A stretch of 35,609 bases of DNA from the sequence record DRR723986_7750, one strand, 5' to 3'. The notes beneath the pieces are model-generated. The model was not told the DNA's origin. It saw only the letters and a list, made by a program, of their open reading frames with translations, and searched no databases. Below, in pieces: positions 28,019 through 35,609 of this stretch. How positions within the stretch are numbered: the stretch's first letter is position 1; every line of letters begins with the position of its first letter. A program made the position numbers and the translations under genes.

Positions 28019-29785
28019 ATGATTCCATACAATTCCAATCACGTCAAGAATTCGATTCGCGTAGCTCTGTACATTCGCGTTTCTACAAGAGATCAGGAAA
28101 CTGGTTTTGGTCCCGATCTTCAAGAACATGAGTTACTCAAACATGTGGAAAGACATTCGTATAAAGGATGGTACACCAGTAGTAAATGGCGATTCTTTGA
28201 GCAAGAATCTGGCAAGAATAATGCACGACCAGAATTACAAAGACTCCTGAAAATGGCCGCACACGGCGAGTTTGATGTGGTCTTGGTTTGGGATATCAGT
28301 CGGATCAGTAGAGATTTACTGGACTTACTGCACATGTTTGTCAAGCTTCGGAATCGCAACGTAGGTTTTGCATCGCTCAAAGAGGATATGGACTTCACAG
28401 GCCATTTTGGGAAGTTCGTTCTCCAGGTGTTAGGTGCGATTGCGGAACTGGAATGGAACAAGATACAAGAACGGACATTTGAAGGAAAATTAGCGTCTGC
28501 CCGAGCCGGAAACTATATCTATGCCGCTCCAAAATTTGGGTTCAAACGTGTACCAAATGTCGATGGAAAAGGACATAAACTCAAGCTGATTGAAGCAGAA
28601 GCAGAGGTTGTCAGGCAGATTTTTCACTGGTTTGTGCGAGAGAAAAAGGGGCTGACTGAAATTGCCTCGATACTCAATGAGTCGAAGACTCTGAAAGGCA
28701 AGTACTGTCACGTTCGCACGCGTGGAACGAAGTGGTCTGACAACACCATTCGTGGCATTCTAACAAGCGAGGTTTACCGTGGTGTTTTTATCAGTAATAA
28801 GCGATCACTCATCAGCCGGAAGCCTAAACGCTACAAAGAGAACCCGGAAAGTCTCTGGATAAAAACGCCTGTAGAACGAGTCATATCTGATTCAATGTTT
28901 TATCTGGCAGGTCAACGACTCGAAAAGGGCAACCGTGGAGCAAGGGGCGGTGGTCGGCGAGACTATATCCTTGCAGGGAAGCTTTATGATCCAGTCACAA
29001 GACGAGGTTTTGTAGGCTATGAGTCTGCAAAGAAGACCAAAAACTATCGCCGTAAAAAAGTTCACGCGAACATCAGCCCTGACGGAAAAGAATATGCGAC
29101 CATAAGTGTCGCTGAAAAGGAGTTGTCAGAAACAGTATGGCGTTACGTGAAAATGATCGTAAATCAGCCTCAGAGATTTTTGGCACTCCACCAGAAGAAT
29201 CGAGACCATCAAAAAATCAAAGCTTCACTCGAAGCAGAGCAAGTCATTTGGAAGTCATCGATTGAAAGGAGCGATGAGCAAATCGAACGTTTGCAAAACG
29301 ATTTCTACAATGGACACATTGACGAAACCGAACGCAACCGGCGTCGATCTGGCTTCCTAAAAGATCGCGAACAAGCACAGAAGAAGCTACAGGAAGTCCA
29401 AGATCGGATCAGGCATATTGACGACTATGAGAAGGCTCGGGTATCCGTAGAGTCCTTTGGCAAAGCTCTTGAAAATCATCTGGAATCTGCCACATACCAA
29501 GAAAAGAAAGCCCTCATAAATCTTCTCGTAGATCGAATCGAAATACGAGATCATAGGTCATCTCAGGAATTCGTTCGCAAAGCCATTATCTTCTTCAAGT
29601 TCGAACTTGGACATGGTTCAGGGGGATCGTCACAAGGTCGAACTGGATTACCGCATGATGACGGCAAAAACGATCGCAATTCGCCGAAATCCGATGGTAC
29701 TGGCGGGGGAGAACGGAAAGGTTACTATTTGTTTGATTTCAGCGAGACACTTATGAGACGCAAACACTGGAATTGTAAACAGTAA
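28019..29785 (+). CDS. Large serine recombinase
   Basis: 'ALYIRVST..Q' (catalytic Ser), 'SG....RPELQRLL', 'DISRISR', 'FGF', 'EAEVVRQIF', 'IRGILTSEVYRG', coiled coil and 'KKALINLLVDRIEI'. Confidence 0.95.
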   Translation: MIPYNSNHVKNSIRVALYIRVSTRDQETGFGPDLQEHELLKHVERHSYKGWYTSSKWRFFEQESGKNNARPELQRLLKMAAHGEFDVVLVWDISRISRDLLDLLHMFVKLRNRNVGFASLKEDMDFTGHFGKFVLQVLGAIAELEWNKIQERTFEGKLASARAGNYIYAAPKFGFKRVPNVDGKGHKLKLIEAEAEVVRQIFHWFVREKKGLTEIASILNESKTLKGKYCHVRTRGTKWSDNTIRGILTSEVYRGVFISNKRSLISRKPKRYKENPESLWIKTPVERVISDSMFYLAGQRLEKGNRGARGGGRRDYILAGKLYDPVTRRGFVGYESAKKTKNYRRKKVHANISPDGKEYATISVAEKELSETVWRYVKMIVNQPQRFLALHQKNRDHQKIKASLEAEQVIWKSSIERSDEQIERLQNDFYNGHIDETERNRRRSGFLKDREQAQKKLQEVQDRIRHIDDYEKARVSVESFGKALENHLESATYQEKKALINLLVDRIEIRDHRSSQEFVRKAIIFFKFELGHGSGGSSQGRTGLPHDDGKNDRNSPKSDGTGGGERKGYYLFDFSETLMRRKHWNCKQ

Positions 29786-30061
29786 GTCATAAAGTTGGAT
29801 CGACTCTCTTGACATATACTGATTGCTCATTAGCGGCACCTATAGCATTTGACCGTCGATGATCGGTAGCAATTCAAACTATAAATTAATTGGAATTGAC
29901 ACAATTGAATAAAATGGAGAAAGCAAGGAGAATGCCTAATAGGTAAAACCAGTGCAAATGCAAATACTCGGTAGTGTTAATAATCTTCATCCATTGTAAA
30001 AAAAGTGTAAAGATATTTGGAGTGGAGCGGGGTTACCGAGACTCGGGAAGAACTTCTTGCT

Positions 30062-31009
30062 TCAGTAAATCGGAAGACGTGTGTTAAATTTTTCTTTGGG
30101 ATGAGCTTCACAGTTCCATCTTAGGTCGCACGCAACACAGGTCTCTTCTCCAGGATTCAAATTCGGGGATTCAGAAGGTTGCCAATCGTCTTCTTTCCTA
30201 GCCATAATGATTTCGTGAGCAGTTTTGTCGAATTCACTTAAACCAGTTTGGATCAAATTCAGCTCTCCTTCACCCAACTCATTTGTTGACAAAAAATCAA
30301 TTTCGTAGATCGCGGAAACCGGCCGATCTACATAACTACTCTCAGAAGTGTCTAGTTCATCTAAAAAGTACAGAATTGCCTTTCTTGGATATTGTCCCAA
30401 TTTCGCCTTGTACAGTTCTGCATAGACACTCATTTGCCACTTGTACATTTGCAATTCATAAGAAGAGCGGTCCGGACACTTAGAACCTTTATAATCCCAA
30501 ATCTCAAATCCGTCTTCACCATTGGTAGAGGCAATGACATCTACAACTCCTCGAAGAATGTAGTCTTCGTTTTCGGTTTCAAGCCGACATTCGGTATCTA
30601 CAACTCGAGGGTAAAGTGCAGGTCCTTCGATCTTATTAAATACTCTTAACAGCTTCAGTGCATGCTTAGAGACACTAGAAGAGATTGGGTGGGTGCCTTG
30701 CATCTTGAGTGCTTGGTTGACCTCAGTAAAGTATTTCTCAACATCACTTTCATTCGGTAATGATCCCTTAGGTTCAGAATACTGTCCTAAATAGTGCCCA
30801 TGACACCTATCCAAAACCTGATGAATTATTTGTCCGAAATACATTTGAGCTGATCTTGCTGGCTCAAATCCATCGTACGCAAAGTATCCATATTGTCTTG
30901 GGCACTTTCTGTACGATATTATGTCTGAAGTCAAGCTAAACCTTGGTCTAGCGATAATCTGACTGTTGCTTTTGACCAAGTTTGGAGGAAAAACAGAGTT
31001 TGAGTTCAT
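30062..31009 (-). CDS. PD-(D/E)XK nuclease, RecB/AddB/Cas4-like with probable Fe-S cysteines
   Basis: 'YRKCPRQY', 'GQIIHQVL', 'E..L......LRGVVD...IWDYKGS', 'QMSVYA' and C-terminal CxxCxxxxxC. Confidence 0.9.
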   Translation of the reverse strand: MNSNSVFPPNLVKSNSQIIARPRFSLTSDIISYRKCPRQYGYFAYDGFEPARSAQMYFGQIIHQVLDRCHGHYLGQYSEPKGSLPNESDVEKYFTEVNQALKMQGTHPISSSVSKHALKLLRVFNKIEGPALYPRVVDTECRLETENEDYILRGVVDVIASTNGEDGFEIWDYKGSKCPDRSSYELQMYKWQMSVYAELYKAKLGQYPRKAILYFLDELDTSESSYVDRPVSAIYEIDFLSTNELGEGELNLIQTGLSEFDKTAHEIIMARKEDDWQPSESPNLNPGEETCVACDLRWNCEAHPKEKFNTRLPIY

Positions 31010-31026
31010 TAGCTGCGACCTATTAA

Positions 31027-33321
31027 TCAAATTGAAACAGTTCTATTTTTTACCCAGCGTCGTTCGGAACCCAAAGGGACCGATTGTTCGTTGAAGTGCT
31101 TTTGAAGTCCAACCAATATTAAAGCGTGCTTGGCTCGAGAATATGCAACGTAAAATTGTCGAATAACATCAGTGTTAGCACGAGTTTCGGAATCTGACAG
31201 AGCAATTTTTCGACTGGAATGAATAGGATATCTCGAAAACAGCTCTTCAATCTCATGTGTCGAACTAGGGGTTGCTTTTCCGTTTAAATGACCTACAAAA
31301 ACGAAAGGAAATTCAAGTCCTTTGGCTTGATGCATCGTCATAATAGGAAGCATTCCCTGAGGAACTATAACATCTTCGTCTTCAAAGTCATCAATTCCAG
31401 TATTCAAAACGGCTCCCAAAAACAAATGGCAAAATCCACGGAGCCACCATGAGTCTACTTCACCAGGAAACTCATCAGAAGTTTTAATGTAGCCTCTAGT
31501 TAATTTGATTTCCACAGCTCTATTTTTTCCAGCTAGTATAACTTTAGGCCGGCCTGTCTCTCTGTCTAAAATTGGCATCGAGCTATAAACTTCTAGAAGT
31601 GACGTGATTTTTCCCAATCTTTTCCTTTTTACTGGATCTTTTTGCCACGTGGTAAACGGTTCAAGACTCATCAAGAGATAGGCTAACTCTTGCAAACTGA
31701 CCTTCAATGGTTCTCCACATTGACTCTCAATTGCATGAGTCGACGCTCTGATGTATTGAGATAGTTCTTCATATTGATTAATAACTGAGTCAAAATCTTC
31801 GCTAAGCTTGTTTATCTTATCAGAGACGACAGTGGAATTATTTTGGTCAAACATGAATCTTTGTCTTGGGTCAAACAGTCTCAATAAAGCCCCCAGCAGA
31901 AGCTGCACTTCATCCTGTCTAGTAAAAGCTTTGTTTCTAGGGTTATAAACATTGATTCCTGCATCACTTAGAGACTTAATAAATTTTCCTGCGTTATTTG
32001 GGCTGTCTCTCGTGCTTGTGAGAAGCAAGCAACAATCACTAAGGTCGTTGATCACCTCATTTTCCAATAGCGATTGTATCAATGAGACGAACTTTCTATT
32101 CATTTCCGCAACGTTTTTTCCTGCAATTCTACTGACTGCCGGGTAGTTGCCTGAAATTGAGGATTTAGCCCTGATTCTCGGTTTACTCGCTCTTACTCCG
32201 TCAAGCCCCATTATTGGAAATGTGTTAATATAATCATCAAAAAAATCAACAATCTGAGGGTGTGATCTAAAATTATCTACCAATGGATACTTCTTTACGT
32301 TCTGACTCTTCAGATTAAGGAATGCTTCACAAGCCTTATCGAAAGTTACCATACATTCGACAGACCCGCCTCTGAATCGATACATAGCTTGATCATCGTC
32401 ACCAACCACAACTAAATTGTGAGGAGACCGTTTGGCGAGAGTAAAGTAAATCTCTTCTTGCATGGGATTTGTGTCTTGGTACTCATCTACCAAGACCCAC
32501 TTTATTCCTAAATCTTTGTTCTCTGGAACTCCGGTAACTAGATTGTTCACTGGTTCTGAAAGCAAGTAGTCAAGAAATCGAGATTGCAAATGAGGGAAAT
32601 CGCATCTAAAACTTTCTTTCATTTTTTGAACATAATCTTGGTAAATGTCAGTAAGTAATTTGCATTGGTCATCCTCACCTTTTAGTTGTTTTGTATCGAC
32701 TCTATTTTCAACGATCCGATCCAATAGCGTTTTTATGGCTCTTGCACTTTTCCATTTACTAGGAGGGTATTCATAAATAGGTTGCCATTGGTTTGGTCTG
32801 AACATCCAAGAAAACCTTCTCCAAAAGGTTAATTGCCTAGATGGAGGTGTATTTTTAAACAAATCCAATGATTCATGGATAAATAACTCTTGCTCGAACT
32901 CGTCCATCATCCGAACATTTTGGTACTGTGGTGCTCTTTGATCCAAAAGAATGTCCTGACACAGGCTATGTAATGTACCAATTCGAAGTCTAGAAAGGTT
33001 AATTGCCTTTGTCTCTGGAAATCTATTTTGTATGTCTTTTGAGTAGCGACTAATCCTGTCTTCTAAATTTCTAGCCGCTTTCTTAGTAAATGTTGTTACA
33101 AAAATTGACTCGGGTGGTACTTGTTCCTTTTGGACTGGGTCATTACTAACGTATAAAAGCCTCAAAACCATGAGGGTTAAAATTTCTGTTTTTCCAGAAC
33201 CCGGACCGGCCAAAATCCATGCGGGACCATTTTTGTGGTGTAAAATATTTTGCTGATCCTGAGTGAGTATTTTGTCTCCCGCGGCAGGATACAGCAAGTC
33301 TGTTAAATCTTGTGTAGTCAT
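31027..33321 (-). CDS. UvrD/REP-family SF1 helicase
   Basis: 'AGPGSGKT', 'TFTKKAA', 'GTLHS', 'LVDEYQDTN', 'VGDDDQAMYRFRG', 'NFRS', 'MTMHQAKGLEF' and 'YVAYSRA'. Confidence 0.95.
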   Translation of the reverse strand: MTTQDLTDLLYPAAGDKILTQDQQNILHHKNGPAWILAGPGSGKTEILTLMVLRLLYVSNDPVQKEQVPPESIFVTTFTKKAARNLEDRISRYSKDIQNRFPETKAINLSRLRIGTLHSLCQDILLDQRAPQYQNVRMMDEFEQELFIHESLDLFKNTPPSRQLTFWRRFSWMFRPNQWQPIYEYPPSKWKSARAIKTLLDRIVENRVDTKQLKGEDDQCKLLTDIYQDYVQKMKESFRCDFPHLQSRFLDYLLSEPVNNLVTGVPENKDLGIKWVLVDEYQDTNPMQEEIYFTLAKRSPHNLVVVGDDDQAMYRFRGGSVECMVTFDKACEAFLNLKSQNVKKYPLVDNFRSHPQIVDFFDDYINTFPIMGLDGVRASKPRIRAKSSISGNYPAVSRIAGKNVAEMNRKFVSLIQSLLENEVINDLSDCCLLLTSTRDSPNNAGKFIKSLSDAGINVYNPRNKAFTRQDEVQLLLGALLRLFDPRQRFMFDQNNSTVVSDKINKLSEDFDSVINQYEELSQYIRASTHAIESQCGEPLKVSLQELAYLLMSLEPFTTWQKDPVKRKRLGKITSLLEVYSSMPILDRETGRPKVILAGKNRAVEIKLTRGYIKTSDEFPGEVDSWWLRGFCHLFLGAVLNTGIDDFEDEDVIVPQGMLPIMTMHQAKGLEFPFVFVGHLNGKATPSSTHEIEELFSRYPIHSSRKIALSDSETRANTDVIRQFYVAYSRAKHALILVGLQKHFNEQSVPLGSERRWVKNRTVSI

Positions 33322-33461
33322 TTACATTGCTCTTAGTCAATTGCACTGAGTCCTGTAGCGACGGGACTATGGCTAGACCTGTAGAAAAGCCGAGTGCAGA
33401 GTTAATATTTGAAGAGTAGTTAAATGGTTTTTCAACATGGAGTAATAAGGCAAATAGATTC

Positions 33462-35171
33462 TCACTTAAGGCTCTTATATAGCATGAGTGTGTTGTGTGC
33501 TCCTCTTCTTTTATTTCTATTTGCTCCTCTGAAAATCAACATGTGAATACCAACCGATCTGCAAAATCGGCACTTACAGTTTCGCCACGGTTTATCTTCT
33601 AGAGTTTGTTTATAGTTGGCCTTTAAAGACCGCAAATCGGAAGTGCGAATCAGCTGAGAGTCGTATTCTAACACTGCATCCAACACTTCTATTAACGTTG
33701 CTGAATCATTGTCGAAATCGTTAAGCAATTTCATGACATTGACTTCTTGTAACTCTAAATTTTCCAGGTCTAATCCAGATTCTAGAAGTCTAGCTCGCGT
33801 CCGACCGTCTTTTGTCATAGGAACACGAATGGCTGCATACCACTTGCCTGAAACAGACAAATAATTTTGATCTGACCTTAGCCAAGCTTTTCTAAAGTAT
33901 GTTGCACTATCAAAGCTGTTGACCTTCAGTCTTCGAAAAGTGTTTTGCAATTTTGGTCTGAATACTCCAAAGAGATGCACCCAAGGCCGAGGGGTTAACT
34001 TATTTACCACAGCCATAACTTCACTCACAATGGCTTCAATTAGGGTGTCTTGCAATGGCACCAACCCTCCGAGAGCCAAATGCCTGTATCCCATAGAGTG
34101 ATAAAGTTTAGCAGAATGAGCATAATCTTGAGGAGAGAGTCCTTGAATCGTACCAACGGGGGTGAAAGTTGCTTTTCTTGACATGGCAGCATCAAGAAAC
34201 AACTGGGCATTCTGAATTGTCAATTCAACTCTTCTTTTTCGTTCCTTCTTGGTCAGTTCTTTCCGTTTTCCATTATGCTGAACATAAGGTACTGGGATGT
34301 GGTCCACAGAAGCCCCAAAGTCAAATCCATGAAGGTCGTATAGTGACGCTGCATTTTCAACTGAAATCGTTGGAACTTGTTCATTCGAATAGCTAAATGC
34401 CCCACAATCACCGAACAACCATTGATCTTTGCGTAATCCAAACCGTGAACGCATATCTTGTGGTGCTAGAGTTTCAGCTTCTGTTCCAATCAGCTTTTTC
34501 ATCGGCCCTTTGGAAGCATGCTTTTGTGCTAGACTCACCAGAACTCCATCGCACATTCGGTTTGGTTTCATCAGAATTGAACAGTGTTTATCCCCTCGTG
34601 CTTTTGGACTGCTCCCAGAAAATTCATCAGTCTCAAAGTTGAACTTACTGTCCAACCGATCATCCCAGTCAGGCAAGAAATACTTAATCCGATCACTGTT
34701 AGACTCCAGTGTCGTTGATGGTTTTTCTGGAGGGACTGTTGTCGAACTCAGCAGATTTTTGATCTGGCTAAGTTTCATTCCTATTGGTCCCTCAAAAACA
34801 GATGCTTTAGTCTTGAGACTGCCCCCTAAGGAGCGTTGAACGGCAGGCAAGTAATCTTTTCCGAGAGACAAGAAAACCTGCTCGTGATCTGTCGCCCAAG
34901 TTTCCATCGTTTTGATGCAATCGTCTTCAATGGTTGAGGCGATTCTTGCTGTCATTCGTAGATCATAATTCTCAATTCCTGTAAATCCACCCACCAATCC
35001 ATATTTTGCGGATAAAACAGCAACGGACAAATCTGTAGGCCATCCATTCTTTCTTAGATGGCTACGAAGAACGCGATAGGGGGAACCGTCGTATCGATCA
35101 ATGGCAGGTAGTAAACCGTTTGTGGTGCGTTTGGTCTGTGAGCACCCCATAATAAGGAGCGTGCGATTCAA
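33462..35171 (-). CDS. DpdA-like guanine transglycosylase (TGT family) with an N-terminal DUF6884-like domain
   Basis: TGT motifs 'GDCGAFSY', 'GTIQG', 'ALGGLVP', 'HLFG', 'SFDS' and Zn site 'CKCRFC...HN'. N-terminal 'CSQTK...PAIDRYDG...VLSAKYGL...IENYD..M'. Confidence 0.85.
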   Translation of the reverse strand: MNRTLLIMGCSQTKRTTNGLLPAIDRYDGSPYRVLRSHLRKNGWPTDLSVAVLSAKYGLVGGFTGIENYDLRMTARIASTIEDDCIKTMETWATDHEQVFLSLGKDYLPAVQRSLGGSLKTKASVFEGPIGMKLSQIKNLLSSTTVPPEKPSTTLESNSDRIKYFLPDWDDRLDSKFNFETDEFSGSSPKARGDKHCSILMKPNRMCDGVLVSLAQKHASKGPMKKLIGTEAETLAPQDMRSRFGLRKDQWLFGDCGAFSYSNEQVPTISVENAASLYDLHGFDFGASVDHIPVPYVQHNGKRKELTKKERKRRVELTIQNAQLFLDAAMSRKATFTPVGTIQGLSPQDYAHSAKLYHSMGYRHLALGGLVPLQDTLIEAIVSEVMAVVNKLTPRPWVHLFGVFRPKLQNTFRRLKVNSFDSATYFRKAWLRSDQNYLSVSGKWYAAIRVPMTKDGRTRARLLESGLDLENLELQEVNVMKLLNDFDNDSATLIEVLDAVLEYDSQLIRTSDLRSLKANYKQTLEDKPWRNCKCRFCRSVGIHMLIFRGANRNKRRGAHNTLMLYKSLK

Positions 35172-35530
35172 CTTTCTACCTTGGTGTAATTGGAGAGAAT
35201 CAGAGTGTTTTTATTGCCAACATTGTGTGAGTTCATTGGAGATTTTACTGTGCTGTGTTATCCTCACAATTTCATCGAATATACAAATTTTACAGCTTTG
35301 ACCATAGCAGAAACTCTAGCCGAATACATGCTAGTAGATTGACCAATACATCACTCCAAACTTGCTGTCTCTTGGTGACAATTTTGATACCAGTGCAAAT
35401 CTTTTTGAATTTTTAAAACTGACGTTCTAAGCCTGCCAGATCAAAATGAACTCGTAATTCGAACAGACTATAACAAACTATTCACAGTGAATCAGTCCTT
35501 GCGAATTTGACCGTGATCAACTGGTGGGAA

Positions 35531-35552
35531 AGTGTATGCAATACGTATGCAG
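35531..35552 (+). promoter_or_regulatory. Putative integrase arm-type binding sites (right)
   Basis: AGTGTATGCAATACGTATGCAG, same orientation as 147-168. Confidence 0.7.
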
Positions 35553-35557
35553 CCCAC

Positions 35558-35593
35558 AAAAAAAGCCTCACAAACTTTCGTCTGCAAGGCTTT
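35558..35593 (-). terminator. Terminator downstream of the (off-window) target tRNA
   Basis: The minus strand reads AAAGCCTTGCAGAC-GAAA-GTTTGTGAGGC-TTTTTTT shortly after ...CACCA. Confidence 0.8.
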
Positions 35594-35600
35594 AGAGGTT

Positions 35601-35609
35601 GAGTTGGTG
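35601..35609 (-). repeat. Right att site / start of the terminal direct repeat (tRNA CCA end)
   Basis: GAGTTGGTG is identical to bases 1-9. Confidence 0.75.

Larger units (their letters stand above)
1..35609. mobile_element. tRNA-integrated integrative mobilizable element / genomic island (att to att)
   Basis: Terminal direct repeat GAGTTGGTG (1-9 and 35601-35609) overlapping a tRNA 3' end. Tyrosine integrase next to the left end, matching arm-type repeats inside both ends, and MobC, relaxase and T4CP present. Confidence 0.88.

Noticed and set aside
29701-29720. TGGCGGGGGAGAACGGA as a reverse-complement tRNA 3' end (att site of the serine recombinase)
   Set aside because: There is no TTCGA/TTCAA T-loop at the expected distance, and I saw no second copy.
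30062-31009. Cas4 / CRISPR system
   Set aside because: No repeat-spacer array or other cas genes were seen; adjacency to UvrD fits a helicase-partner nuclease.
33462-35171. The TGT-like enzyme modifying the element's own tRNA-like RNA
   Set aside because: That RNA lacks the U33-G34-U35 motif used by bacterial TGT, and the enzyme looks DpdA-like; no support beyond co-location.

Overview
The window looks like one complete ~35.6 kb integrative mobilizable element inserted at the 3' end of a tRNA (probably tRNA-Leu, minus strand). It starts with the duplicated tRNA 3' fragment and ends with the same 9 bases, preceded by the tRNA's terminator. Paired GTATGCA arm-type repeats lie inside both ends. 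The backbone is a Bacteroidota/FCB-style tyrosine integrase, oriT-like region, MobC, relaxase, a VirD4-like coupling protein and two excisionase-like HTH genes; no mating-pair genes are present. Four cargo modules stand out. (1) A J-domain / vWA / MotA(ZorA)-like / OmpA-MotB(ZorB)-like operon without known Zorya effectors. (2) A two-gene ubiquitination-like cassette (putative Ubl-E2 fusion plus JAB-E1 fusion), preceded by two small proteins sharing a DWTGLxNEP motif and co-oriented with the coupling protein. (3) A DUF6884-like/DpdA-TGT fusion plus UvrD helicase and Fe-S PD-(D/E)XK nuclease, with no other dpd or que genes. (4) A non-canonical tRNA-like RNA with antisense copies of its own anticodon and D arms just upstream. 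Also present are a large serine recombinase, TPR regulators, tandem paralog pairs and lipoproteins. All calls come from reading motifs by eye; no database searches were run.
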